From positions 5,518,001-5,582,000 of the forward strand of contig OZ218952.1 of the NCBI GenBank assembly GCA_965112735.1: 64,000 nucleotides of DNA, in the 5' to 3' direction. The stretch's first letter is position 1. Each line of letters begins with the position of its first letter. The position numbers and the translations under genes were made by a program. The stretch comes from Phaeosaccion multiseriatum. Lineage: Eukaryota > Protista > Ochrophyta, other classes. Under the pieces are notes generated by a model. The model was not told where the DNA came from. It saw nothing but the letters and a program-made list of their open reading frames with translations, and ran no database searches. This document shows, piece after piece, positions 1 to 13,553 of the stretch.

Positions 1-1
1 T

Positions 2-724
2 GTGTTGACGACTTTGCTCCCCGAAACTTGCGTTCTGATGCGGATTTCCTTTTGTCCCTCTCTTCTATCAAAGGAACGCCTGCAAAAGGCGCGAGATGGG
101 CTTCTCAACGACGGCGTAAGTCTTGTAATGAAGGACGATACGGAGTACCAAGTCTTCCTGAGCCACGCTGGGACGGAGAAGCGGGGCATTGTGTCTCTGC
201 TGCACAGATGTCTGTGGCAGAGAGGAATTCCGACTTTCTTGGATGAGAGAAGCCTGGAGGCAGGAGACCGCGCGGAGGACAAGATGCTCGAGGTAGCCAA
301 GGCCGCCCCGATTGGCGTGGTCGTGCTGAGTCCGTCTTTTGTGTGCCGAGAGTGGCCTCTTCAGGAGATGCAAATCTTCATGGACAGGGCGGAGAAGGGG
401 GAAGCAACGCTGGTGCCGTTATTTTTCGGGCTGACGGTTGAGGAATGCTGGGACACGGGCAAATTAGAAGACGACCATCCCGGCGTGAAGAAGACATGGG
501 GAAAGTGGAGCAAAGGGGAGGAAGGGGGTTGGGGTTGGCTTGAGCAGGGGAAGACAGCAGACGAGCTTGCGAAAGACCTGCTGTGGGGTGTGGGTATGCA
601 CACGGGTCTCCGCGACGACCAGAAAGAAGATCTGTTTGCTCTCGCCAAAAGAGTGGCCAACAAGGTGGAAAGGGCATTGACGACGTTACATTCCAAGTCC
701 AAGAAAAGAAAATTCGAAGGGTAG
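2..724 (+). CDS. TIR domain, 3' terminal part of a gene that starts upstream of the window (possibly another LRR-ROCO-TIR)
   Basis: YQVFLSHAG...PTFLDERSL...IGVVVLSPSFVCREWPLQEM...LVPLFF TIR motifs, with Glu at the catalytic position. Probable acceptor AG at 72-73. Very similar to the TIR at 57394-58044. Confidence 0.85.
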   Translation: MLTTLLPETCVLMRISFCPSLLSKERLQKARDGLLNDGVSLVMKDDTEYQVFLSHAGTEKRGIVSLLHRCLWQRGIPTFLDERSLEAGDRAEDKMLEVAKAAPIGVVVLSPSFVCREWPLQEMQIFMDRAEKGEATLVPLFFGLTVEECWDTGKLEDDHPGVKKTWGKWSKGEEGGWGWLEQGKTADELAKDLLWGVGMHTGLRDDQKEDLFALAKRVANKVERALTTLHSKSKKRKFEG

Positions 725-1429
725 GAGGGGGGTTCCACACTGACATGCACGTGTGATGGGGGGGGGCAGAAGCCCGGACGTGACGGGTACCATAACACAA
801 GAATGAAATTGTATATAAACGTATTGTGTAGTGGAAGGAAGGTCCAGAAACGTGACGTCCATCTCAGAAGGCCAGCCAGAGCCGCCAGTCTTCGGGCCTA
901 CGTGCTTCCACGCCGGGCCTTCTCAGGTGGTGGTCTTGTTTTTGGACTCTGCGTGCCTCTTGTCTGTCTGTCTGTCTACCACTCAGTTCGCTCGTTCGCT
1001 CGCTTGCTCCTCCACGCTCTTTTGCTGCATTGGTGTAACTTTGGTGTGCGTTGGTGTGCCTCACGCTTAACTTGTGTGGTGGGCCGTCAAGGACTATCCA
1101 CTTCACATACACAGTACTAGAACGGAGGGGAGCGGCCGCTTTTCATGTGGAGCCCTTGTCATGTTGTAAGTTGCTGGGCGATGAGTCAGGCAACGTCTTA
1201 GCACCGTAGGAATCACATTGCGGGGTCCGGCCTCTCTCTCCGCTCTAGTCGTATAAATTAATCCATAAACTATAATTGAATTGACAGATGGTATTAAAAC
1301 TTATAATAGGAGAGCTTGCTTGGGTTGTGCTCAAACACATGAAACCATGCAACAAGTAACCTTCCCCCTTACCCTACAACCCCCCCTGGCCCAGACAGTG
1401 TAACCGCCCCCCCCCTCCTCGGTCTTTCC

Positions 1430-1620
1430 CACTTGGGCCTCTAAGAACCCATTTTTTGCTTACTTGGGGCTCTCAGGGTACCCATTGTTTGCTTACCTGG
1501 GCCTCAGGGTATCTAGTGTTTGCCTACTTCGACCTCAGTTGGGCCCCAGGGTACCCATTACCCATTGTTCGCTTACTTGGGCCTGAGGGTGCCCATTATG
1601 TGCTTACTTGGGTCTCAGGG
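1430..1620. repeat. Degenerate ~30-bp tandem repeat (about 6 copies) echoing the 3' end of the DUF3172 gene
   Basis: Recurrent GCTTACTTGGGCCTCAGGGTACCCATT-like units; the last copy encodes LRPK-stop on the minus strand. Confidence 0.75.
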
Positions 1621-4093
1621 TGTTGATTATCTTGGCTCTATCGTCGTCATACACGTCTTCCCCGAGCCCAATCTTGGGGTTGCTCAGGAACTCGTTCTGA
1701 GGAGGAGGAGGAGGAGGAGGAGGACGAGCAGCAGCAGCAGGAGGAGGAGGGTGAGGAGGACACACACACACACACAGGCACACACACACGCCCAGACAAC
1801 ACGGGCAAACACAAACACACACATACACGCACACCCACACATACACACATATATACACACGCCGACACACATACATACACATACATACACACACCCACAC
1901 ACACACCTGCGCATCGTCGCTCTGATACACACACGAGAGCAGCGGGTTGTCGTCAAGATCGCCCACAAAGGCCCATGTATTCATGCCGTTCTTACACGTG
2001 TTGACCTCCTTATCCGACAGCAAATGGCGACGCTGCAGCACCTCTACCACGTTAGCGGGCCTCAGCACACACGCCGGCTTGACGTCCGCTTGGCTCACAT
2101 GGATGGAGAAGGGGTTGAAGGTGACAAACACGCGTTGGTCCAGAGCCATGGCGGAGGAACCGTATATCTGCGGAGGATTGAGGATGGAGGAGGAGGAGGA
2201 GGAGGAGGAGGAGGAGGATGGAGGAGAAGGAGGAGGATGGAGGAGGAGGAGGAGGATGGAGGATGGAGGATGGAGGAGGAGGAGGAGGAGGAGGAGGAGG
2301 AGGAGGAGGAGGAGGAGGAGGAGGGGGAGGAGGAGGAGGAGGAGGATGGAGGAGGAGGGGGATAAATAGCAGTGTATGAATGGCAGTGGAGGAGCGGGCC
2401 CGGGTGGGGTGGGGTGGGGGGTGGGGTGGCAGAACAGAGTAGAGAGGAGTAGAGGCATGAGACAGAGAGAGGACAATGGTTCATCAGGACTGATCATCAG
2501 GACTGACACTCAAACAAAGTGTGGCGTGCTCTCTCCTCTTCCCTCTCCTCTGTTCGCCCCTCTCTGCCTCCTCTGCAGCTAGACTGACGGAATGACGGAC
2601 GAACGGAAGTGGGGGTGGGCTTGCGCCCTCCTCTCTCCCCTCTCTCCTCTATTCTGTTCTCGCTCTCCTCTCTCCTCCGGCCTCTTTCTCCCCTCTCTCC
2701 TCCGGTCTGTTTCTCTCCTCTCTCCTATCCTCTTTCTCCTCTATTCTCTCCCTCCCCTCTCTCCTCTGTTCCCTCTCCTCTCTCCTCCTCCTCTCCGGTC
2801 TCTCTCTCCTCTCTCTTTCCTCCGGTGTCTCTCTCTCCCCTCTCCTCCGTTCTCTGTCCTCTGTTCTTTGTACTCTCTCCTCTCTTCCCTGTCCTCTCTC
2901 TTTCCTCCGGTCTCTCTCTCCTCTCTCCTCTGTCCTCCCCTGTACCTGGCAAATATTAGGGTTCGGCGCTTGGCGGTCGATGGCGTCTCGGCTGGCAAGG
3001 TCCTTCGGGTTGGTGTTGATGGCGGAGTCAAGCGTTACGCCCGTGCCTATACCGAGCACGAACATGCCTGCGACGACAGAGAGAGGAGGGGGGGGTAGAG
3101 GGAGGGAGAGACAAGACAGCGAGCGAGAGAGCGAGTGAGGGCGCGCACACGCAGAGACGGGAGGCGTCAGTCGGAGAGGGGAAAAGAGAGCCCCTCTATC
3201 GTCTACAGACGTCGGTGCATGAGCAAGCTGCTGCTGCTAAGGGAGAAGTTGTACGTGAATGAATGCCTGGCCAAAAGAGGCAAGCGCATTCATTCCGTGG
3301 CTGGAACACAAGCGCCCGTTCCCCCTCCCCTTCCCCTTCCCCAGGAGCTGGCCAGGAGCTTGGGGAGTCTGTCCCGAAGCTCGATGCAGTACCGCAGTAC
3401 CACCGCCCCTCCTCCTCCCCCCCCCTCCTCCTCGACTCGCACCTGCCAAGACGGCTTTGCTAATGGCACTGGGCATGAGGTCCATGATGCCGCCCTTCCG
3501 CTGCGGCAGAGGCTCAATGACCGACCCTCTCCGGCCGCGGTAGTCGCCGTACTCGTCCTCGTCATAGTCATCGTCGCCATACATGTCATCATCACCATTG
3601 CCTCTGCTGTAAGGAGGCCGTCGCCGCCGAGGGCCGCTGCGGCTGGCGCTGCTGAAACTGTCTTTGTCGTCTGGTCCCATTCCCAGCGCTGTGTTGCTGC
3701 GGGTATGTCGGGGGGAGGAGTGAAGTGGGCAGAGGAGAAGGGGGAGGGGTGGGGAGTAACAAGGTGAGGCGGATGTCTGAGGTTTTGATCGTGAAGGAGC
3801 AGAGGTTCTGGGCGCAGGAGGAGCAAGAGGATTTAAGGAGCGCGGCTGTTGAGCAGTTGCTTCTCTTTCACGGAAGCAACTCACCTCTTTCGGAAGCATC
3901 CTTCGCAAATAGATGTTGCCTGCAGTCCCCCTCCTCCTCCTCCTCCTCCAGCTACTACTCCTGCTGCCCCTCGTCGGGCTCCCCTCGCCCCTCCCCCCCC
4001 AAGTGGCCTGCCCGAACACGATGCAGGCGTGGGTAGGAAGCCCTGCGCACTCGACAGGCTCACCGCCACCACCAAGGTCGCCAACCAAGTCAT
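1604..4093 (-). CDS. DUF3172 family protein, probably plastid-targeted (5 exons: 4093-3885, 3696-3443, 3067-2946, 2167-1907, 1696-1604)
   Basis: GT-AG exons join in frame: signal peptide MTWLATLVVAVSLSSAQGF, then FVLGIGTG...ASRDAIDRQAPNPNICQIYGSSAMALDQRVFVTFNPF...CVLRPAN...CKNGMNTWAFVGDL, resembling cyanobacterial DUF3172 as recalled. Confidence 0.75.
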
Positions 4094-4662
4094 CCTTTGC
4101 ACAGCAAGGAGATCGAGGAGAGGAAGACGCCTCTATTGAAAAGGCTTAGCAAATGCCTATATGCCTCTAAGCGGGACGACTAGAATTTGCGTTTCAATGT
4201 TTCTTGCGACGTACTCGCGCCCCCCCCCCCCCCACCACCACCACCCCCCCAGAGATTGAACTCCCACTACGCAGGAGGAGGAGGGGAAATAATAGGCGAT
4301 TTGCGTGTCGAGAGACGAGGAGCACGTAAGAGAGATGAGGAGCACCTAAGCCTCGTGAGCCACAAGGGGTTGAAATGAGGGCTACGCTTCTCCGGAGTTT
4401 GCAAGCGCTCCACTTAAACCAGAGGTGAGGAAGTGAGACGAGAGCAGAAGAATGGTTGCAGCTCTGAACATGCTGCTGGCTCCGAGTAGCAGAGAGGAAG
4501 CTTGGGTGCTTAGTTCATTCGCTGGCTGGGCTCAAGGCTAATCCCGATCCTCAACTTGGATCTTCACCCTGGGCTCTGACACGCGGCTCTGCAGCTGCTG
4601 CTGACCACTTGTCCCTCTCCTTCGCCCGTCTGTGCGTCTTACTCTCCCCCCTCCCCTTCGAA

Positions 4663-6000
4663 AGAGCTGCTACTCGGGCGTACAGCAGGGGGCCAACTTG
4701 GCGCAATAGGGGCGGCTCCAATGCCGCTATCAGCAGTAGCAGCGGCGGCAGCGGCGTGATCCGCGAGGTGGGTGCTCAACAAAGGGAGGGGGCAGGCATA
4801 ACTGCGACGAGCTCTCGTTGCCCCCGTTTGGTGCCGGTGCTCTCAAATCCGCGAGCGAGCCAAGGGCTTCTGGCACTATCGTTTTTTTGTTTTGTTTTTT
4901 CTTCGTCCTGCTTGCTGTTTCTCTGACGCCGTTCTGCTGTCCTCTCCGCTCCTCCCCCTTATCTCTGTGCCCCGCCGCAGCCAACCGTCACGTTTGATAA
5001 GACCGGGAAAGCAACAGCCTCGTGCGGCTGTGGCGACAGGCATCCACACAAGCACACGCACGAGCACCTGAAGAAGCCTGGGACGGCCGTCAGGAGCGGT
5101 ACTCGAAGGGCCAGTGTGCATAGTTCGGCGAGAAACGAGAGAGACTCTGTCTTGAAACGTGAGTGAGACTTGGGGGGGGGGTGCGAAGAAGGGGAGGGGA
5201 GGCAGAGGCGGGTGTTCGCTTTCGTACGCACTCTCTCGCCTGCCGCCACCTGCTGCGTCCTGCCATTCGGCTGGGGTCCCTCCCCTCCCCTCCCCTCCCC
5301 TCCCCTCCCCTCCCCTCCCCTCCCCTCCCCTCCCCTCCCCTCCCCTCCCCTCCCCTCCCCTCCCCTCCCCTCCCCTTCCCTCCCCTCCCATCCTCTCCTC
5401 TCTTCTCCACTCCTCTCTAGGCTTCTCACTTTGTCAATGCCATCCTCTGCCATCCCCCCCCCCCCCCTTCCTCAGCGCAAGACTATGCAACGGCCAAGCA
5501 GTTTCTTCAGGCACCCCCCCTGCAGCAGATTTACGATGCCAACATGGCTTGGGTAGAGGACACTACCAAAGACGACCCCACTTTCTTCCAGCGGCAGGAG
5601 TATCTACACAAGGTCTGTGAGTGGTGTGAGTGATGTGAGTGATGTGAGTGATGTGAGTGATGTGAGTGATGTGAGTGGTGTGGGAGGAGGGGTCTGTGCT
5701 GTGCTGTTCACAGGAGGCACCTCTTTGCTCTCTCCTTCTACATGAGCACCCAGAGCAAGAGGGACGAGAGGGCAGGGCGAAGGGGGCGAGGAGGGCGAAG
5801 GGGGAAGGGGGGAGGGGCAGTCCTTCCAGTGTCGCTGCTTCTACTATTGCCGCTGCTGGTGCTGCAGCTACTGCTGCTGTTGATGATGATCGACACCATC
5901 GCAACGATGATGACGTGACTAAGAAGACAGACGCACTTACCTTGCTCCGGCCCCTTGCTTGTTTGTGTGTGCGCGCCCGTGTGTGTGTGTGTGTGTGTGT

Positions 6001-6038
<38 letters not shown>

Positions 6039-7776
6039 CCTGTGTGCGTGTGTGCCCCTCAGCCTGACTACTTTTTCATCGGATGCAGCGACGCGCGGGT
6101 GTCAGTGCAGGAGATGACGGGCCTCAAGGGGGGGGAGGTGTTCGTGCACAGGAATATCGCCAACACCGTGGTCAACACCGATCTAAGTAAGTCAGCGATT
6201 TGTGTATTCAACACAGGTCTAGCGAGTAAGTGAGTGAGTGAGTGATTTGTGTATTCAACACAGATCTAGCGAGTGAGTGACTAAGTGAGTGAGTGAGTGA
6301 GTGAGTGAGTGAGTGAGTGATTTGCCGCCGTACTGTACCTTCTTACCCGCCCAACGGTCCTTTCGCTCTCGTTGATGAGGTGTTTCCGTTGCGTGGTATG
6401 CCTCTGCCGCCCCCGCTCCCTTCCTCTCCCCTCTCCCCTCCCCTCCCCTGCCCATTCCTCTCCCCTCCTCTCCCCTCCTCTCCCCTCCCCTCCCCTCATT
6501 TACCCTCCCCTCCCCTCCTCTTCCCTCCCCTCCCCTCCCTTGCTCTTTCCCTGCCACCACCTGTCCATCCCCCTCCCCTTTCTTCCCCTTATCTGCCCCG
6601 CAGACTTCATCTCTGTGCTGACGTACGCAGTGGACTTCCTGAAGGTCAAGGACGTGATTGTGTGCGGTCACTACAACTGCGGAGGGGTTATCGCCTCCCT
6701 CGCCGACCCCTTTGACGACCCCGCCTATGGTGCTCTTGTAAGTTTACGTATGGTGGTTCTTCATGACGTGTAATTAAGTATTGTGCAGTGTTGAGTCTTT
6801 TCGATGATGTGGGGCTTGTTAAGGTGGGGGTTACCATGCACGCCTTTGGGTTGGTTGGTTGGTTGGTGTCGGTTGGTTTGGTTGGTTTATAAGTTCCTTG
6901 CTGCCTTCAACTGACTCATCTGTGTCTCTCCCTCTCTGTGTGTACGTACCCGATACCTGAATAACAAACAAACAAACAAACAAACAGGACTGCTGGCTCA
7001 TGTAAGCTTACGTATGATGGTTCATCACGTTACTAAAAGTATTGTGCAGTGTTGAGTCTTTTCGAAGATGCGGGCTTCTTGAGACAGGTTACCATGCACA
7101 CCTTTGGGTTGGCTGGTTGGTTGGTGGTTCTCGGTTGGTTTGGGTAGTTCATTATTTCAACGGACTCATCTCTGTCTCTCTTTGTATGTACATACCCGAT
7201 ACTTGCGCAAACAACAAACAAACACAAACAAACAAAACAACAGGAACCTTCGGGACATTCAGCGTATGCACAGCAAAGAGCTTGCGGAGATAAAGGAAGA
7301 GAGGCCCAAGCAGCAGCGCCTTGTCGAGCTCAACGTCATGGAGCAGTGCTTACGTCTCTTCTACAACCCCATCATTCAGCGGGCACATCGCCGCCACAAG
7401 ATGCCCAAGATCCACGGGTGAGGCAGGATAAGGAGGGGAGGGAACGAAGCAAGGAAGGGAGGGAGGGAGGAAGGAGGGAGAGAGGAAGGCGGGAGAGAGG
7501 AAGGAAGGAAGGAAGGAGGGAGGGAGGAAGGAAGGAGGGAGGGAGAGAGAGAGGGAGGGAGGGAGTCCGAGGGCCACTCCTGCAGCCTTGCCCAAACCGA
7601 GGCATGCGTTCCCTCTCTCTTTTGTCTCTCTTGCATTTTTTTCTCTCTCTCTCACTGCTCCTTTCTTCCCCTCCCCCCCGTCCGTCTCTTCACCCCCCAG
7701 GATGGTGTACGACGTTGGTAACGGTCTACTCAAGCCCATCGACATACCCGTGGGGGATATCTTTCAAGTACAATAA
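4663..7776 (+). CDS. Beta-class carbonic anhydrase, multi-exon; start uncertain, probably upstream near 4450-4470
   Basis: [31 protein letters not shown] (Cys/His/Cys zinc ligands), GALDCWLMNLRDI (via a 14-nt micro-exon), [23 protein letters not shown]. Confidence 0.9.
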
Positions 7777-8441
7777 CCAAACAAGCCGTGACGGGAGAGA
7801 GAGGAATCGAGGAGGGAGAGGACCCCGTCAACTTGTTAGGAGGACGATGGGGTGAAGCTTCGTTCACTTACGGGGGTTAGGCTTTGTATACTTTGGACAG
7901 AGGCGTGAACGAAGTCGAGGACGGATGGACATAGAACCGAGCTTGGGTGAAGCGTGCGTGAGGTGGAGGGAGCTGCCGGCCCAAATGCCTCTGCCTGTAC
8001 GGCCCCTGCCTGTATGGGGGCGGGCATTGACCTCAGCCCACCGACCGAGCAAGGTCAGCTGTCCGTGCGAGAAGGTTATTTACTGAGGGGTCTAGGGCTC
8101 TGAGGGGCTCTAGCGCTGGGAGCTGCAGCAGGTGATGCAAGGACAGCGGGCAAGTGTTTGGTTCAAGAGCAGTCAGTCAACGTTTCGAGGGTGACGTTGT
8201 TGAAGAAGCCGAAATAGTAGAATCACAGGGTGAATGGGGGAGTAGTAGTTAGGTGTGTATAGTCAACCCCCATTATGTATGGTATTCCTAAGTAGAGGCT
8301 AGTTGCAGTTTGTTATTTACATAAGAGAAGGATCACATACTTATCACAACAGATTACGTATCCTTTCACAAGACTTTTCTGTCTTCGAGAGTGGGAGGGA
8401 GTCCCCGCCACACGAATCAAAACGATCGGAGAGGGCATGAT

Positions 8442-8489
<48 letters not shown>

Positions 8490-8504
8490 CCGTCCGTCGT
8501 CGGA

Positions 8505-9634
8505 TCATGCCGCCGCCTTGGGTGCCAGGCTGTCCCCCACGGGCTCCGTGCTGCCATCCATCGCCGATGATAGAAGTGCCTTCCCTACCCCCGCCCCACT
8601 GCCCTCTTGCATAAGCTCGACCACTTGTGTGACCTCGATGAGGCGGAGTTTGCATTTGGCCGCCTCGTTGTCGGTCTTTGTTCTCTCTGTGGTCCATTTG
8701 CGGAGTACCTCCTCCTCCGTCTTGTTGTCCGCTTCGAGCATTCGGCACTTGGGAGGGGGGGGGGGGGGGGGAGAGGAGGAAGTGATCTGTAAGGAGCAGT
8801 CCGATACTTCCACTCGAAGGGAGTTGGAGGTGAGGCAGAGGAGAAGGGATCGGCGTGTTGAGGGCCACAGATGCTTGAGTGCAGGGGTGAGCGCCACAAA
8901 GGCACTCCCGCCGCTATCCTCGGACCTTTGTCCTTCAAAGGGATTACCCCTGTCTCTCCCGTACCGGCTCTTCACCTCTTTCTTTGTGTCTCCCATGCCC
9001 GGTCACCACCCACAGTCTCCGCTCGCGTCTGTGCACCCCTCTCACCTCTCATACCACACTCCCTCACAGACCATGGCTGGGTATTAATCGCCGTATTCCT
9101 CACCTTCCTGTAGCAAACCTTTCTTGCATTGGCCTTCATAATAACCACTGTGTCCCATGCGTCCTTTAGTAGAAGAAGCAGCTCCAGATGATCAATGTAG
9201 GGCATGGACAGGCCCAAATCCTGTGCCAGATTCAGGCATCTCTGCGACAAGGACACCGGGAATGAAGAGCAGTAGGATGAGAATAAGAAAGAGGTAGCTG
9301 TAAACAACGCTGCAAAAGGTGTTTCTCCTTGCTTTATTCAGCCTACCCCGTAACAATGAAGGACCAAGTGAGACACATGAAGAAGGGGCCGACCCCCAAA
9401 CAACCCATTGCCCTCCACTACCGGCAATCCTCCGACCGCCCCCGCCCCCTAACCGCTTTCTGCACTCACCGGCCATTGAAGCTGCGCCGCCAGCTGCTTC
9501 ACTTGGTCTAAGCTTTGCTGGTTCAAGCCACCATCCTCCATCATGGCCCACACCTTGTCCACAGTCTTGTTGGTCTCTTCTAGCAGCTCTTCGAGATTCA
9601 TTTTCGTCCGCGGCTTCTTCTCAGCGTCCCCCAT
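8505..9634 (-). CDS. Hypothetical spliced coiled-coil-like protein; exon structure unresolved
   Basis: Several non-repetitive helical ORF pieces (MGDAEKKPRTKMNLEELLEE..., LNLAQDLGLSMPYIDHLELL..., MLEADNKTEEEVLRKW...) with plausible splice sites; no family recognised. Confidence 0.35.
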
Positions 9635-10287
9635 GGTTTCTTCCTGTTCGCGCTTAACTAAGCCCAGGTACGGTAAGCAGAGGAGGAGAGGGATATCGGA
9701 GAGGGCCGCGCACCGAAACTGTAACCGGATCTGTGAGTTTGGACCACCAACTGCCAGGGCTGATCACGGAAATTACTTTTAGACAACCGACACGAACGAT
9801 CGGTTCGCCACAGGATCCTGGCTGGTATCAACTTTGTTCCAATGGGAAGAACTGATGAGTCAGAGGGACACGACCTCGAGGGCTAAGTTCCCCGGGGCGG
9901 TGAGACATTACTTTTAGACAACCATAGATGGCACTTAAGGGTGTAATATATATAACAACCATAGATGGCACTCAAGGGTGTAATATACGACTTGATCACG
10001 GAAACGTTCCGCGTTCATTCCAGGATCGCACTTTTTTTATATAAAGACTCTCACACCACCCTCTAGATCACACCTCCTCGCCTCGGGCCACAAATCAAGA
10101 CTCATCTCATCTCACGAGTCTTTGTGCGCAAAGCAGTACTCCTGTTCTTCTTTTTTTTCTTTCCAGAAAGAGGGGAATCTCCTTTGGCCAATCACCATGA
10201 GGATCTCAGCAATCAGCATGCGCTTTGCTGGTACTGGACAGTAGGAGACGCTCTTCTGCGCGCTATCCACTCCGTGCTGTGCTGATA

Positions 10288-10973
10288 ATGGAGGCTGTCC
10301 TCAGAGACATCGAGGCGAGAGGACGAGGCGAGCCTACCCTTCGGCCACTTCGTCCGGTGCGGATGATGGAGACTGTCTTCAGAGACATCAAGGCGAGGGG
10401 GCGGGGCGAGGAGGCTTATGGGGAGGAAGAGAAGAAAGAGGGGGAGCAGGACCAAGGACACCGCCGCCATGTGGTTGTGGAACGGGGCGAAGGGGAGGAC
10501 GGAAGGAGCTGCGGTATTTGCTTCAGCGATCTTCCGGAGAGGGGCAGCGCCTCGAGTTGGGCAGACGCTCAGTGGCAGCACACCTTCCAGTCGCAGCACC
10601 AGCACCAGCACCAGCGGCAGCAGCTCGGCCCAGAGGCCTGCTCCCACGCCTTCTGCAACTCTTGCATGCGACAATACGTGATAGCCAGCGTGGAGGAGGG
10701 GAAAGTACTTCCTCACCAGCTCCAGTGCCCTGGTCTCTACTGTAGTGAGCCCTTGACGGACCTGGACGTCTCTAACCTTCTCCTGCAATCGACATTGAGT
10801 GCCTCTACGGCCTCCCGGCAACAGCCCCAGCACCAAGTCATCGTCATCCCCTGGAATGATCCCCAGAACGCGCTCCATGCAGGGCCCCCAACCCCGGCGT
10901 CGATGGCGTCGGTGATGGAACACGAGCAGTCTGAGCAGGAGCAAGAGCTGGAGCAAGAGCTGGAGCAGGAGCT

Positions 10974-11010
<37 letters not shown>

Positions 11011-12849
11011 CAGGCGCAAGAGGAAGGAGCGCGCATCTTGGCCAAGTACAGACGCCTCTTGGAAGACAAGCTGATAGCCGGAGATCCCCTCAACCGTCGC
11101 TTCTGCCCCACGCCCGGCTGCGGCGCCGTGCTCCAGCTCAACCGGTCCCGCCGCAACATCCTTCGCTCCACGCGCTGCCCCGAGTGCCGCCACTCCGCCT
11201 GTAACGCCTGTGGAGCTCGTGCTCACCCGCTTCGCTCCTGTGCAATGTCCATGGGCATGTCCTTCCGGCTCTATGCCCTTCGTACACGCGAGGGCGTTCG
11301 ACGCTGCCCACGCTGCAACTTCTTCATCGAGAAGGACGGTGGCTGTCGGCATATGAGCTGTGGGGCTTGCTCCCACCAGTTCTGCTGGACCTGCGGCTCC
11401 GATTGGCTCGGTGGGGAATGCATCTCACCTCGCCTCTGTATGCTGTGGGGCTTCATCAACAGCCCAAGGTGGGGGCCCGACGCCTTTGTGCGCACCTTCA
11501 CCAGGCTCATCGGAGCCCCGGTGGTGAGTGGGCACGGAGGGGACGGGGGGGACGGACGGACGGACGGGTCAGATGCACGCGTTTCAAGTTCTTGTTGACA
11601 CATCTGTGAAGCGGGAAGGGGGAAGGGGGGGGGGGCGACAACGATTGATGAGTCACTGCGGTTTGGTGTACCTACCCATAGGTGGAGAGACAGGCAGGAG
11701 GTTGTACTTGTGGACATGCGCTCAGCCTGCTCTCTCTCACCACGCCCCCCTCCCTCTCCCTTCTGCCTCTCTGCCTCTCTTCCTCTGTCTGTGTATGACC
11801 AACTACTGCGAATGATGCTCCTGAACAGGTCCTGAGCGTGGCGGTGGCAGGGGGCGGGATAGCCCTCGGGCTGGGCGTTGCGGGTGGGGCAGTGGCGCTT
11901 ACGCTCGTGGGCCCCTTGTGGCTCTGTCGGGCAATCTTCCGCAAGATTCAGGTGAGCGAGCAGAGGGGAGGGCGCGGCAGTGGGGTACCCCAAGCGGTCT
12001 GCTGTCGCACTCATCTGTCCTTGAACCCAAACTGCCCACTACTCTATGCCCCCCCCCCCCCCACCTGGCGCCGACCGACGATGCTCGTGTCACCATCTTC
12101 CCCACCTCCCCTCTCAGCCTCTGCCCTGCCCCTCCCCCTTCCTGCTCTCGTCGTGGTCGTCCTCCTCCTCGTCCTCCTCGTCCTCCTCCTCCTCCTCTTC
12201 CTCCTCCTCCTGCACCCGACCCCTACCTCCCCTTCCTTCCCTCCACCTCCCCGCCCCTCTCTACCCGCCCACAACAGAGTGCCGCTGCTGCCCGACGTCG
12301 ACGCCGATGGCTGCGGCAAACCCGAACGCAGCCTCGAGCCCTCTGTTTCCAATACGACTTGGCCAGGGGTCTCCGGGTGCTGCTCGTTGGTTCTTTGTTT
12401 GAGGTGCGTAGTAGAGGAGGGAAGGGAAGGGAAGGGAAGGGAAGGGAAGGGAAGGACTGGGCTGGGAGCCCCTACTTGACTCTGCTGTGGGGGCCGAGCG
12501 AGCCGAGACGAACCCTGTGTGCTTCCTGGCCGTACACGCCTACCTGCCTGCCTGCCTGCCTGCCTGCCTGTCTACCTCGCTCGCTCGCTACTCCCTGACA
12601 GCGTGCGTGCCTGTTGTGTTGCTCGCTCGATGATAATGACATATGATGCCTCTATTGACTGCCCACTGGAATAGCGAACGAACGATTATTGTTTGACTTT
12701 TTTGTCCATCAACTATCACTCATGGTCATGGCCACCCCTCTCACCTTCGCACCTTCGCATCTTCGCACCTTCGCACCATGGCATCGCAGGGCTTCATCGA
12801 GCACTACGGAGCTGCCCACCCGGCCGGGCGTTGGGGGTGCGCGGAGGGA

Positions 12850-12891
<42 letters not shown>

Positions 12892-13520
12892 GACGCATTG
12901 GAACGGAACTGCTTCTGGTCTTACACGAGCATCGAGGGTAGAAGCGCCCTCCTGCAGCTCGCTTACACCAACCCTGCTACCTGGACCAGCCCCTCCGCTT
13001 GGGGCGGGGAGTTGCCGGGGTCCGGTGAGTGGGATGTCGTGCTCATCGGAGGAGAGGAGTCACTCTTCCTCGTTGGCGACGCGCAGAGAAGGACGAGGGA
13101 GGGGAATGGACATGTGCTCACCGTGGAGATCGACAACACCCTCCCGCCTGTCGATGGTGCTGCTGTATCACCAACTGCTGCTGCTGCTGCTATCGCCACT
13201 TGGAGCGCTGCTGCTGCTCCTCTTCGCCGGAGCAGGGCCAGAAGCGCTCCCGATTGGATAAGTGCTCTCGCTGCCAACCGCATGGATCTGGAGACTCCGC
13301 TCATTGAGAAGGACTGGTGCGTGTGTATGTGTGTGTGTGTGTGCGTGTGTGTGTGTAGCTGTGTATTGTGCGTCCGTGTGTGTGTGCGTGCGTGTGCGTG
13401 CTTGTGTGTGTGTGCGTGTGAGTGTGTGTGTGTGGCTGTGTGTGTATGTGCCCGTCATACTTGCTCTCGTGCTTTACTGACCTTCCTTTTGTTTTGCTCC
13501 CTCCCTCTCTCTCCCTCTCC

Positions 13521-13553
<33 letters not shown>

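Noticed and set aside
1700-2940. Poly-E/R/L/HT/VC ORFs here and throughout the window
   Set aside because: Translations of intronic microsatellites such as (GGA)n, (AC)n, (CCCCT)n and (GAGT)n.
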